Made by a program: the position numbers and the translations under genes
The notes under the pieces: model-generated
What the model saw: only the letters and a program-made list of their open reading frames with translations
Database searches by the model: none
What the model was told of the DNA's origin: nothing
Part shown: positions 1 through 9,645 of the stretch, piece after piece
How the letters are laid out: each line of letters opens with the position of its first letter
Position numbering within the stretch: position 1 is the first letter of the stretch
NCBI GenBank assembly: GCA_022562795.1
Contig: JADFOP010000012.1
Span: 1-48,479, forward strand
From: Nitrospinota bacterium
Lineage (GTDB): Bacteria; JADFOP01
Length of the DNA: 48,479 nucleotides
Direction: 5' to 3'

Positions 1-215
1 AACTTGGTGGCGTAAACCACCCTTTTTGCCCCGTAGACTTGGACCAGAACATCCTGAAGTTCTTGCAGGAAGGAATCGGCGTGGTACTTCCCGTTTTCCA
101 GAAGGCCAATCACCCTGCCTTGCAGGTCCGGCAGATTGGCGCTGAGGCCGATCTCCTCGGGCACATCTTCGGCAGTGGGGTCGAGTATTTGGATCGTGGG
201 GGCTGGTTCCGCCAT
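1..215 (-). CDS. UGSC-family (putative seleno)protein, N-terminal part, runs off window
   Basis: Not in ORF track. Manual translation from ATG at 215 (RBS GGAGG upstream) gives MAEPAPTIQILDPTAEDVPEEIGLSANLPDLQGRVIGLLENGKYHADSFLQELQDVLVQVYGAK.VVYATK. The LDPT...L.G..IGLL.N.K..AD.FL..L pattern resembles UGSC-family proteins. Confidence 0.6.
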   Translation of the reverse strand, partial: MAEPAPTIQILDPTAEDVPEEIGLSANLPDLQGRVIGLLENGKYHADSFLQELQDVLVQVYGAKRVVYATK

Positions 216-390
216 GCCGGTTACCTCCCGGTTCGAAGACGAGATTACACCCTTGATAAGTTAATGGATTATAAGGGGAATGTCCAATCAGTGGTCTTGG
301 GTCGTCGGTCGCCGAGAAATGTGGCACCGCCGGACAGAAACCAGGGAGTAGCATTAGAGGCTGGTAACCGGCGTGGTGGGGCCGGCCTAG

Positions 391-591
391 TTGGCCATTG
401 ATGGCGGGGGCGATGACCATTTGATGGCGGGAGCGATGACAGTCTCGGCCTTGGTGGCCTCGTTGGTCCCCCTCGTCCTGGAACGGCTGAACATCGACCC
501 GGCGGTCGCCACGGGTCCCTTCATCACCTCAAGCCTCGACATCCTAGGGGTCATCATATATTTTAACCTGGCAAATTTACTCATTTTCTAA
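391..591 (+). pseudogene. mgtE: MgtE magnesium transporter, C-terminal remnant only
   Basis: LVPLVLERLNIDPAVATGPFITSSLDILG is the MgtE C-terminal membrane signature. No N-terminal/CBS part upstream, and a ~23 bp tandem duplication at 398-443. Confidence 0.75.
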
Positions 592-700
592 TAAGGATAA
601 TAAATGCTGCTTCTCGCTGAAAACCTCCTGGCCCGTTCCCGATTTACCGTGAGGGAAGCAGCGATGCCGGCGAGGACGGGTGCTCACTATAGGAGCCGTC

Positions 701-1342
701 ATGCTAGTTAAGGACCGAATGACAACGAACGTCATCACCGCCTCACTTAAGACAGATGTGGAAGAGGCCTACCTGCTTATGAAGGAACACAGCATCCGGA
801 GGTTGCCCGTGGTGGATGAGGAAGGAACTCTGCTCGGCATCGTGACGGACCGCGACACCCGCCAGATGCTTATTCCATGGAAGTCCTCCAAGGAGGAGCG
901 GGAGTTCTATTACTTCGCCAGCGAGGTAACCGTTGGAGAGATTATGACCTCAGACGTGATAACCGTTCGCACCAATACGGATGTCGCCGAGGTGGCCCGT
1001 CTCATCTATAACCACAAGATTGGAGGTCTGCCCGTTGTAGATGACGAGAAAAAAGTGGTAGGAATCATTACGGAGATGGACATATTGGCCATGTTCATCG
1101 AGATGATGGGCATTATCGGGGCCTCGAGCCGCATCGACATCGTCCTTGGAGACGATCCCAAGGGATTCGAGAAGGTCTCCAAAATCATGCAGGACAAGGG
1201 GGGAGAGATTATCTCGGTGGGAATGAGTGGCGCCGAGGAGGAGACCGACAAGGTCTACTTCTTCCGTCTGGAGCCCTGTGAGACAAAACCCATGCGGGAG
1301 GCCCTCGAAGAAGCCGGCTATACGGTCGTCGCCACCGCCTAA
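701..1342 (+). CDS. acuB: CBS-pair + ACT domain protein (AcuB-like)
   Basis: Two CBS motifs (IRRLPVVD..G.LLGIVT; IGGLPVVD...VVGIITEMD) plus C-terminal ACT-like domain. RBS AGGAG before ATG 701. Confidence 0.75.
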   Translation: MLVKDRMTTNVITASLKTDVEEAYLLMKEHSIRRLPVVDEEGTLLGIVTDRDTRQMLIPWKSSKEEREFYYFASEVTVGEIMTSDVITVRTNTDVAEVARLIYNHKIGGLPVVDDEKKVVGIITEMDILAMFIEMMGIIGASSRIDIVLGDDPKGFEKVSKIMQDKGGEIISVGMSGAEEETDKVYFFRLEPCETKPMREALEEAGYTVVATA

Positions 1343-1521
1343 GGCCAGACCCCGGCCCGCCCGGGGTACTTAGAACAAGGTGCGACGTTTTCGCCGGGCG
1401 CGTCCTCGCGCTCGCTAGCTTTCCTAATTGCAAATCCAGGGAGTGCCGACCATGCGATACCACCCTATAATGGCGGGTGAAGGCGCTTGCGTTTATCTGT
1501 ATTATGAAATATTATTCTTGT

Positions 1522-2091
1522 ATGAGACAACAAAAGTCCCTCTCTCGAGGACGCCTCTCGCTCGCAGCGGCCTTCGCCCTAGTGGCGGTCCTCGTCCAGC
1601 CGGGCCTGGCCGATGTGCTCGGCGTCTACTTCGGCCCACGACAATCAATAGATAAACCCCTCATCGCCATCTTTGATAACGCCCAGCGCTCCATCCACGT
1701 GGCCATGTTTTCCTTCACCCTCGACTCCTACGCCGATGCCCTTATTCGCGCCCACGAAAGAGGGGTGGAAGTCAAGGTGGTGCTAGATAAAGGCCAGGCC
1801 CGCGGCCGGGGCTCCGACGCTCGAAAGCTAGAGGCTGCGGGCGTCCCACTCCGCTACGGAGCAGGCTCGGGCCTGATGCACCACAAGTTCTCCATCGTCG
1901 ACGGGCGCCTCGTGACCACCGGCTCTTACAACGCGACGTGGAGGGGCACACACCGGAACAACGAGAACGCCGTGGTCATCCTCGACCGAAATGTCGCCCG
2001 CTCCTTCGAGGACGAGTTTCGCTTCCTGTGGGATGAGAGTGGGAGGCTTCAAAGCAAGAGCGATGCCGGAGAGGCCTGGATGGGGCGCTGA
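1522..2091 (+). CDS. Secreted phospholipase D/Nuc-family endonuclease (single HKD)
   Basis: HHKFSIVDG...TGSYN and NNEN motifs, signal-peptide-like N-terminus. Start chosen at ATG 1522 (track start 1477). Confidence 0.85.
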   Translation: MRQQKSLSRGRLSLAAAFALVAVLVQPGLADVLGVYFGPRQSIDKPLIAIFDNAQRSIHVAMFSFTLDSYADALIRAHERGVEVKVVLDKGQARGRGSDARKLEAAGVPLRYGAGSGLMHHKFSIVDGRLVTTGSYNATWRGTHRNNENAVVILDRNVARSFEDEFRFLWDESGRLQSKSDAGEAWMGR

Positions 2092-2205
2092 GAACAAGGG
2101 CCGCTAAGCAGAAGTGTTCCGCTCTCTCCCCGATTCACAATCCACCGTGATAGAATAACGCCGTCACTTCGCCTCGGAATCGCCTAAATCCTAAGGGAGG
2201 CCGAT

Positions 2206-2538
2206 ATGTTCTTCATCGTGAAGCTCGTTGTCTCGGCCCTGGCCATCGCGGGAATCAGTGAGTTGGCCAAGCGTCTGCCTGCTCTAAGCGGTCTAATCGC
2301 AGCCATGCCTCTGGTCACCCTCTTGAGCCTCATCTGGCTCTTTGTGGAGACCAAGGACTACGGCCTCGCCCACCGCTTCACGGTGGGAGTACTCTGGGGT
2401 CTGGCCCCGACATTGTTCTTTTTTGTGGCGGCCATTCCGCTACTGAAACGGGGCGTGAATTTCCCTCTCACCCTTGCGGTGAGCTTGCTGCTTTGGGCCG
2501 CGGCCGCCTACGTCCACCAGCGGGTCTTGGGGATGTAA
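2206..2538 (+). CDS. DUF3147-like small membrane protein
   Basis: K..VSAL.IA.ISELAKR...GLIAAMPLVTLLSLIWL pattern, RBS GGGAGG. Confidence 0.75.
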   Translation: MFFIVKLVVSALAIAGISELAKRLPALSGLIAAMPLVTLLSLIWLFVETKDYGLAHRFTVGVLWGLAPTLFFFVAAIPLLKRGVNFPLTLAVSLLLWAAAAYVHQRVLGM

Positions 2539-2645
2539 GGGGCCCTCGCGCTCGCTATCTGGGGCCTGGAATCAGGCCGTCGCTTTCTCTATATTCAGAT
2601 CTAACGGGCCTAGCCAACCCCCGGGGCCCACGCGGAGGCAGACAA

Positions 2646-3167
2646 ATGTCCGGGAACACGGCAGTGCTGGTTATCGACATGCTTGAGGATTTCATCGCCC
2701 CCGGGGCGCCGCTCGAAGTGCCGGCGGGACGCAAGATCGTGCAGGCCCTCGCCGAAAGGCTCGAGAGGGCCCGGGCCGAGGGAACTCCCGTCATCTACGT
2801 GTGCGACGCCCACGCCCCCGACGACCCGGAGTTCGCCGTCTGGCCTCCACACGCAATCCAAGGCACGGCAGGGGCACAGGTGGTCGGGGACCTGGCGCCG
2901 AGGCCCGGCGAGCGGATTGTAACGAAGACGAGCTACTCGGGGTTTTACGAGACGGAGCTAGAGGCCGAGCTCCGCTCGCTTGGGGTGGACCACCTCGTCA
3001 TGACCGGGGTCGTGACCAACATCTGTGTTTTGTATACCGCCGCCGACGCCCTCATGAGGGGCTTTACGGTGACCGTCCCTCCAGACTGCGTAGCCGGCCT
3101 CAACGAAGAAGACCACGCCTTCGCCCTTCGCCAGATAACAGACATCCTCAAACCAGCGCGGGGGTGA
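2646..3167 (+). CDS. Cysteine hydrolase (isochorismatase/nicotinamidase family)
   Basis: VIDM..DF, D.H, WPPH, K..YSGF, GVVTNICV catalytic motifs. RBS GGAGG before ATG 2646. Confidence 0.9.
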   Translation: MSGNTAVLVIDMLEDFIAPGAPLEVPAGRKIVQALAERLERARAEGTPVIYVCDAHAPDDPEFAVWPPHAIQGTAGAQVVGDLAPRPGERIVTKTSYSGFYETELEAELRSLGVDHLVMTGVVTNICVLYTAADALMRGFTVTVPPDCVAGLNEEDHAFALRQITDILKPARG

Positions 3168-3189
3168 CGGAGCCTATCGAGCCCCCATC

Positions 3190-3528
3190 CAGGATTGCCA
3201 CCCCTGCCCGCTGCGGGCCCGCCTCATCCACACCCTGGTGCAGGAGCTGGCCGTCATCCTTCCCAGCACTAATCTCAGCGAGGCCATGGTCTTGGCCGAT
3301 CGCCTTCGGGAGCGGGTCGAGGTCTTCGACGTCTCCTACGGCGGTCACGCCATCCGCCGCACCATCTCGATCGGTGTCGCCTCGCTCGCAGAGGGGTCGG
3401 CAAAGCGCACGGATGAGTTTCTCACGGAGGCTGACCGGGCCCTCTATATGGCCAAGCGGGGCGGGCGGAATCTGGTCGTACTATATAGAGATGGGATGGA
3501 CCTTGCTTTCTCGAAATTAACGATATGA
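3190..3528 (+). pseudogene. Diguanylate cyclase (GGDEF) C-terminal remnant
   Basis: ELAVILP...A...ADRLRE...TISIGVA...ADRALYMAKRGGRN is the post-motif half of a GGDEF domain. The ARYGGEEF motif survives only as out-of-frame PARCG and the N-terminal half is absent. Confidence 0.75.
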
Positions 3529-3605
3529 TTATAGGTAAAAGGCGATCCCCCACCGAGTCCCTTTATCTCTAGCCGGCCGGGCAAAACCTCGTCGGACGCC
3601 AGCAC

Positions 3606-4712
3606 TCAGAGCGGCGGGGCGCCCGCAAACCGCCTGAGCATGTCTCGGGCTATGGCGTCATCGAACTGCTGAACGGGCGTCTTAAACAGGTAGGCGCTGG
3701 CCTCGATGATGGGTCCGGCCAGACCCCGGTCCAGGGCCACCTTGGCAGCCCGCACGGCGTCCAAGGCGACACCCGCCGAATTGGGCGAATCCTCCACAGA
3801 GAGGCGCACCTCCACATCCATCGGAACCCCGCCGAACTGCTCCGCTTCAATCCGCAGGAAACACAGCTTGTTGTCCTTCAGCCAGGGCACATAATCGCTG
3901 GGTCCGATGTGGACTTCGTCATAGCCGAGGATCGAGTCTTGCATCTGGCTCAACACCGAATCGGTTTTGCTGACTTTTTTGCTCTGGAGTCGCGAGCGGT
4001 CGAGCATATTGAGGAAGTCGGTGTTGCCCCCGACATTGAGCTGGTAAGTGCGCCGTACGGGATGGCCGCGGTCCTCGAAGAGCTTCGTTAGGACCCGATG
4101 GACGATCGTGGCGCCCACCTGAGACTTAATGTCGTCTCCTAGGATCGGCAGACCCGCCCGACGGAAGCGCTCACCATGGGTCTGGGAGATGAAGACCGGA
4201 ACGGCGTTTACGAAGCCACAGCCTGCCTCCAACGCGCAGTCGGCGTAGAAATGAGTGTTCTTTTCGCTCCCTACCGGGAGGAAGTTGATTATCACGTCGA
4301 CGCGAGCCCGCCGAAGTGTCTCAACAATGGCCTCCCGTGCCTCGGCCTCGCCTGCATACTGGTTGGGTCGCGGCATGAACCGGCGATCTACATCGTATTG
4401 GTCGTTGTGCTCTGGGATGCTATCAATGACGTAGCCCATCTCGACCGGACAGTCAACGAAGGGAACCTTCTCTTGGAACACGTAGGTGCAGTTGGGCTTG
4501 GCGAAAATGGCATCCGAGAGATCGAGGCCCACCTTTCTCTCGTCCACGTCAAAGGCAACGACGTAGCGAATATCGGACGCCCTGTAGCCTCCAAAGTCCT
4601 TCGTTATGAGACCCGGGATATCCGCATCAGGATCAGCGTAGAAAAACCGCCCCTGGACCAAGGAACTCGCACAGTTGCCGACACCAACAATCGCTGTTCT
4701 AACTTTTCGCAA
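3606..4712 (-). CDS. ino1: Myo-inositol-1-phosphate synthase
   Basis: VGVGNCASSLVQG, NFLPVGS, GDDIKSQVGATIVHR, QLNVGGNTDFLNM, DSPNSAG. TTG start at 4712 behind a GGAGGAGG RBS. Confidence 0.95.
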   Translation of the reverse strand: MRKVRTAIVGVGNCASSLVQGRFFYADPDADIPGLITKDFGGYRASDIRYVVAFDVDERKVGLDLSDAIFAKPNCTYVFQEKVPFVDCPVEMGYVIDSIPEHNDQYDVDRRFMPRPNQYAGEAEAREAIVETLRRARVDVIINFLPVGSEKNTHFYADCALEAGCGFVNAVPVFISQTHGERFRRAGLPILGDDIKSQVGATIVHRVLTKLFEDRGHPVRRTYQLNVGGNTDFLNMLDRSRLQSKKVSKTDSVLSQMQDSILGYDEVHIGPSDYVPWLKDNKLCFLRIEAEQFGGVPMDVEVRLSVEDSPNSAGVALDAVRAAKVALDRGLAGPIIEASAYLFKTPVQQFDDAIARDMLRRFAGAPPL

Positions 4713-4983
4713 CGCGCCTGTCCTCCTCCTCCCCATTTTTTGCCCGCTCCAGGGATGCCAGGACACCAGTTGACATCGAGCGATGTCCCGACCTTCACCG
4801 AAGAAAAGTAATCTCTTCCCTCCTGCCCGTCTTTGTTGCCTGGGACCGGAGAAAATCCACCACCCGTCGAGCTTGGGGAGGCGCTCGCCGAACATTTCAA
4901 CGTAGATCGGAGGATGCAACTAACTATAACACGCTTGGCCGCCCTTGGGAAGCCCTTAGAGGCGGACTTTGCCCCCCACGTGC

Positions 4984-5012
4984 TTGACACCCCAGAGGCT
5001 GGTTCCTATGAT
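4984..5012 (+). promoter_or_regulatory. sigma70-type promoter for the epimerase-dtd operon
   Basis: TTGACA-17 nt-TATGAT, 38 nt before ATG 5051. Confidence 0.7.
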
Positions 5013-5050
5013 GGCCGCCGTCCATCGAAAGGCTCGTCGGGAGCGGCTAT

Positions 5051-6064
5051 ATGGGGCCGAAGGAGATCAACCTCGTCACAGGGGCCACCGGCTTGGTAGG
5101 TAGCGCGCTCTGCGCGCGACTGAAAGGGCTCGGATGTCGGGTGCGAGCCCTGGTTAGGCCCACATCCGACGACTCGTTCGTCCGAAAGATCGGGGTGGAG
5201 CTGACCGAGGGCGACATCGCCATCAAGGAGGACTGCCTGCGGGCGGCTGATGGCGCCAGTACAGTCTTTCACTGCGCGGCAATCGTGTCTGACTGGGCAG
5301 AGGCCGAGGAAATTAACCGGGTCAACGTCGGGGGGCTTCAGTCCATGATGGAGGCGGCCCTGGCATTCGGGGTGCGGCGCTTCGTCTACCTGAGCTCATT
5401 GGCGGTGTTGGGCCTCGACCCCCAGGTGAACATCGACGAATCCGCCCCTATGGTGCTGACCGGTGATACCTACAATCAGACCAAAGTATTGGCCGAGCAG
5501 CTGGCCATTCGGTACCACCAGGAGCGTGGACTCGCCGTCTCGATCATCCGCCCCCCTTACATCTACGGGCCGCGGGACCGCCAGCTTTTGCCCCGCTTGA
5601 TCTCAACCCTCCAATCAGGGGCCTTCCGCTACATCGGCCCTGGACACCAGCCTTTCAGCCTCGTTTACGTCGAGAACCTCCTGGATGCTATTTTGAGCGC
5701 CGCCGAGCGTCCCGGGGCGGTCGGCCAGGTCTACCTCATCACCGACGGCGAGCCGGTGACCCGCCGCCAGCTAGTAGAGGCAGTATGCGACGGGCTGGGC
5801 CTGGCCCGGCCCACCCGAACGGTGCCTCTAAGCGTAGCCAAAGCGGGCAGCCGATTAATGGAAGTCGCCTACAGTATGTCGGGTAAGCGCGAGGCCCCAC
5901 TGCTTAACCGCTTCCGGCTCAAGTTCATGGCCACACCGCTCACCTTCTCCATCGAGAAGGCCCGCCGTGAGCTCGGCTACGAGCCCCGCTTCAGCTTCAC
6001 CGAGGGCATGGCGGCCACCCTGGCCTGGTGGCAGCAGCGAGACGCCGACCACCCCCAACCGTAA
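5051..6064 (+). CDS. NAD-dependent epimerase/dehydratase (extended SDR, 3-beta-HSD-like)
   Basis: VTGATGLVG Rossmann motif, YxxTK catalytic motif, RPPYIYGPRD. Confidence 0.9.
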   Translation: MGPKEINLVTGATGLVGSALCARLKGLGCRVRALVRPTSDDSFVRKIGVELTEGDIAIKEDCLRAADGASTVFHCAAIVSDWAEAEEINRVNVGGLQSMMEAALAFGVRRFVYLSSLAVLGLDPQVNIDESAPMVLTGDTYNQTKVLAEQLAIRYHQERGLAVSIIRPPYIYGPRDRQLLPRLISTLQSGAFRYIGPGHQPFSLVYVENLLDAILSAAERPGAVGQVYLITDGEPVTRRQLVEAVCDGLGLARPTRTVPLSVAKAGSRLMEVAYSMSGKREAPLLNRFRLKFMATPLTFSIEKARRELGYEPRFSFTEGMAATLAWWQQRDADHPQP

Positions 6065-6138
6065 GCGCTTGCGCCCCTGCAGACCTGGGTGGTAGCATGG
6101 CCGACGATAGCGAATCGAGCGGGTAAGGAGGCTAGAGC

Positions 6139-6603
6139 GTGCGGGCGGTTGTCCAGAGGGTTCGGGGAGCCCGGGTCGAGGTGGAAGGCCGCACTGTGGG
6201 CGAGATCGAGCGGGGCCTCGTTGTCCTGCTTGGTGTCGGTAAGGGCGACACCGAGGCCGACGCCGACTACCTGGCACGCAAGATAGTCGGTCTTCGCATC
6301 TTTGATGACGAGGGAGGCTTCATGAACCGCTCTCTCGAGGAGGTGGACGGGGCGATGCTCGTCATCAGCCAGTTCACCCTCTACGCCGACACCCGAAAGG
6401 GACGACGGCCCTTCTTCGGCGAGGCGGCCGAGCCGGGCGAGGCCGAAAGGCTCTACGAGCGCTTCGTCGATCAGGTACGCTCAACAGGGGCGCCCGTTGC
6501 CACCGGCCTATTTAAGGAGATGATGGACGTGACGCTGACCAACGACGGCCCCGTGACCATCCTTATGGACAGCTCCGAAAAGGACCGGCCTCGGCGGGGG
6601 TGA
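6139..6603 (+). CDS. dtd: D-aminoacyl-tRNA deacylase
   Basis: MRAVVQRV, SQFTL, NDGPVT motifs. Confidence 0.97.
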   Translation: MRAVVQRVRGARVEVEGRTVGEIERGLVVLLGVGKGDTEADADYLARKIVGLRIFDDEGGFMNRSLEEVDGAMLVISQFTLYADTRKGRRPFFGEAAEPGEAERLYERFVDQVRSTGAPVATGLFKEMMDVTLTNDGPVTILMDSSEKDRPRRG

Positions 6604-6607
6604 CACT

Positions 6608-7468
6608 GTGCCATCGTCTATTAAGCCTTTCTTAGACGAGCTCTACCAGACCTTCGACCGGCGCTATCTCGATTCCGACCCCCTTACCTTCGTCCACCGC
6701 TACGCCGAGAGGGCCGACCAGGAGGTCGTGGGGTTTCTGGCCGCCGGGCTCGCCTTCGGCAACGTCCGGTCCATTCAGGGCAGCCTTGAGCGGCTGCTTG
6801 GCGTCCTCGGCCCCAACCCCCATGCGTTTGTGCTCCGATTCGACCCCGCCCGCCACACAGAGTCGCTTCCCGCAACCGTCCACCGATGGATTAGAAGGCA
6901 CGACGCCGCCCGCACCCTCGTCGTGCTGCGCCGTCTGCTTAGGGACCACGGCTCCTTGGAGGCGGCTTTCGCCGCAGGCGACGACCCAGGAACTCCAACG
7001 GTGGAGCAAGGCCTCGCCGCCTTCGCCTCCCGGGCACGCGCCCTCGACCCCGGCCCCCTGGGAGGCGAAGCCCCCAAGGCGGGCCGCCCCAACGGCGCGG
7101 CGTACTTTTTCCCATCGCCTGCCGGCGGCGGGGCCTGCAAGCGCCTAAACCTATTTCTGCGCTGGATGGTCAGAGGCGGCGACGGCCTCGACCTCGGGCT
7201 CTGGAGCGCTGTGGCCCCCTCGCGCCTCCTCATCCCGCTCGATACCCATGTGGCCCGTATCTCCAGGGCCATCGGCCTCACCCGGCTTCGTTCCATCGGG
7301 CTCTCCATGGTCAGGGAAGTGACCGCGGGGCTACGCCGACTCGACCCAGCCGATCCGGTCAAGTACGATTTCGCTCTGGCCCGACTCGGCATTCTTGATT
7401 GGTGTCCGTCGAGCCGAACGCCGGGCCGCTGCGACGAATGCCCCCTGGAGACGGTCTGCGTCCTCTGA
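6608..7468 (+). CDS. TIGR02757/DUF2400-like HhH-GPD-related protein
   Basis: DP..FVHRY, KRLNLFLRWMVR, D.GLW, PLDTHV, DP.DPVKYDFAL, plus C-terminal Cys cluster. Confidence 0.85.
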   Translation: MPSSIKPFLDELYQTFDRRYLDSDPLTFVHRYAERADQEVVGFLAAGLAFGNVRSIQGSLERLLGVLGPNPHAFVLRFDPARHTESLPATVHRWIRRHDAARTLVVLRRLLRDHGSLEAAFAAGDDPGTPTVEQGLAAFASRARALDPGPLGGEAPKAGRPNGAAYFFPSPAGGGACKRLNLFLRWMVRGGDGLDLGLWSAVAPSRLLIPLDTHVARISRAIGLTRLRSIGLSMVREVTAGLRRLDPADPVKYDFALARLGILDWCPSSRTPGRCDECPLETVCVL

Positions 7469-7635
7469 GCACCGCCGCCCCTGCCAACCGGCCTAAACGA
7501 TGGGTCAGAGATGTGGCCCGATCTGCAACGAACCATGCCGTATCGGACAGATGCTCCTCGTTATTTCGCTGCAGGCCCTTGACGATGGCCTTCGGCCGCC
7601 GTATAAATGCTCGATAACTCGTAGCCTCCTGAGCC

Positions 7636-8574
7636 ATGGTAACCATCGCCTTTACTTCCGACCTCCACGTGGACGCCTCCGAGGCCAACGCCGCTCTTAT
7701 GCCCCACCTGGTCGAGGCCGTCGAGGCTTCCGAGCCAGACCTCTTCGTGCTGGCGGGCGACGTGGGCGGAGGGGCTACGGGGTTGCTCGGGACCCTTGAG
7801 GCCTTCCGGCCTCTGCCCATCCCAAAACTCTTCGTCCCCGGCAACCACGACCTCTGGATGGAGGCCCGCGGGCCCTTCACCCGCTACCGGCTCGACAGCG
7901 CCACGAAGTATCACGCGCTCCTTCCGGCCCTCTGCGAGTCCGCCGGCTGGCACTACCTGCCGGCCGAGCCATTTAAGCTGAACGGGGTTGGCCTGGCCGG
8001 GGCCATGGGCTGGTACGACTACAGCCTTCGCAACCGCGCCCTCGACGGCCTCATCCCCCGGAGGGCCTACCTACGGGGCCGCTTCGGCCGCCTGGTGTGG
8101 AACGACGCCCGTCGCATCCGTTGGCCCAAGCGACCCGGCGAGCCGGGCTGGAGGCGGCGGAGCGCCTGCCTGACCGACAAGGCAATTCTCGAGGGGCAGC
8201 TCGCCTCCCTGGAGGACCACCTCTCCAGGCTCGAGGCCGAGGGCGCGTCGGCGGTCGTTGTCGTGACCCACTTCCTACCGGGGGCCGAATTGCTCGATTA
8301 CACGGGCCGGCCGGAGCTCGATTTCGCCTGCGGCTTCGCCGGAAGCCGGAGGCTCGGAGGCCTCATCGCCTCGCGGCCCGCCGTCCAAGCCCTCATCTGC
8401 GGTCACACCCACAGGCCCGGCCAGGCAACCTCAGGAGGCGTGCCCGTCTACCAGAGCCCAGTCGGGCTGCTCGCGCGCTGCTGCGCACGCCTGCCGTTCT
8501 TGAAGGCCGGAAGGCCTTCTCCTCTTGAGGTCTTGGCCAAAGAGCGGGTCGGCATCCTCAAGATCGAGGCCTAA
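7636..8574 (+). CDS. Calcineurin-like metallophosphoesterase
   Basis: SDLH, AGD, GNHD, THF, GHTH motifs. Confidence 0.9.
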   Translation: MVTIAFTSDLHVDASEANAALMPHLVEAVEASEPDLFVLAGDVGGGATGLLGTLEAFRPLPIPKLFVPGNHDLWMEARGPFTRYRLDSATKYHALLPALCESAGWHYLPAEPFKLNGVGLAGAMGWYDYSLRNRALDGLIPRRAYLRGRFGRLVWNDARRIRWPKRPGEPGWRRRSACLTDKAILEGQLASLEDHLSRLEAEGASAVVVVTHFLPGAELLDYTGRPELDFACGFAGSRRLGGLIASRPAVQALICGHTHRPGQATSGGVPVYQSPVGLLARCCARLPFLKAGRPSPLEVLAKERVGILKIEA

Positions 8575-8682
8575 GTCCCACCGAACTTAGAAACCATAAA
8601 TGAGGGCTTGTAGCAGAAACATTCGGCAAGCCCCAAGATAAGGGGGTCATTTCGTAGCTTCCCCCTAATGGAGGACTCACCC

Positions 8683-9594
8683 ATGCCGACAATCGAATTC
8701 ATAGGACCCTTAATGGAATGGATCCTTTTTCCTCTCTTCAGGATCGCCATCATCATCATCGGCGCCTGGGGGCTCGCCCGGCTGTCGAAGCCCGTGCTGG
8801 AGCGCCTGGAGCCTTTCATCGTCAAGGCCCGCCATAAAGACGAAGCGAAGGGCGAGGCCGAAAAAAGGGCCAAGACCTTAACCCAAATAGTCTGGCACAT
8901 CGCGCGGGTCACCATCGGGGTGGTGGCCATCATCATGGTCCTCGGCCAGCTCGGCCTCCAGATCGGCCCCATCCTGGCCGGTTTGGGGATGGTGGGTCTC
9001 GCCGTCGGCTTCGGTGCGCAGAACATGGTCAAGGACGTCATAAACGGGTTCTTCCTCCTGATGGAGAACCACTACCGCGTGGGCGATGTGGTGCGCATGG
9101 CCGGTGTGGCGGGGCTGGTCGAGGCGGTCAACCTCCGGGTCACCATCCTTAGGGACCTGCAGGGTCGGGTCCACGTCATCCCCAACGGCCACTTCGAGGT
9201 CCTGACCAACTTCACCAAGGACTGGTCCCGGGCGCTCCTCGATATCGGCGTGGCCTACAAAGAGGACGTGGACGAGGTGATGGCCGTCCTTGAGGAGGTG
9301 GGGGAAGAGCTCCGACAAGACAAGGATTTCAAGGAGCTCATCATGGAGCCCCTGAACATCCTCGGGGTAGAGGACTTCGGCGAGAGCGAAGTCACCATCC
9401 GGATGTTTTTCAAGACCCAGCCCCTTAAGCAGTGGGACGTTTCCAGGGAGTTTCGCCGGCGGGTGAAGAAGGCCTTCGATGAAAAAGGCATCGAGATCCC
9501 CTTCCCACACCGGACAATCTACATGGGCGTCCCCGAAGAGCAGGGCCACCTCTTCGTCGAGCAGGTCCCAGCAGGAGGAAAAGCCGGGGAGTAG
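8683..9594 (+). CDS. Mechanosensitive channel, MscS family
   Basis: LAGLG.VGLAVGFGAQN.VKD.INGFF, G.VE...LR.T..RD..G....IPNG, GIEIPFP. RBS GGAGG before ATG 8683. Confidence 0.92.
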   Translation: MPTIEFIGPLMEWILFPLFRIAIIIIGAWGLARLSKPVLERLEPFIVKARHKDEAKGEAEKRAKTLTQIVWHIARVTIGVVAIIMVLGQLGLQIGPILAGLGMVGLAVGFGAQNMVKDVINGFFLLMENHYRVGDVVRMAGVAGLVEAVNLRVTILRDLQGRVHVIPNGHFEVLTNFTKDWSRALLDIGVAYKEDVDEVMAVLEEVGEELRQDKDFKELIMEPLNILGVEDFGESEVTIRMFFKTQPLKQWDVSREFRRRVKKAFDEKGIEIPFPHRTIYMGVPEEQGHLFVEQVPAGGKAGE

Positions 9595-9645
9595 GGCTTG
9601 AGAGGCCCATGGCGCCTATGGCGCTTTTGGAGACAAAAAAAACAC

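Noticed and set aside
39-401. 120-aa plus-strand ORF
   Set aside because: Antisense shadow of the minus-strand UGSC-like gene, with no recognisable motifs.
3606-6064. ino1 plus SDR as a specialised inositol-lipid or compatible-solute cluster
   Set aside because: The genes are divergent and no CDP-alcohol phosphotransferase, IPCT/DIPPS or glycosyltransferase is adjacent.
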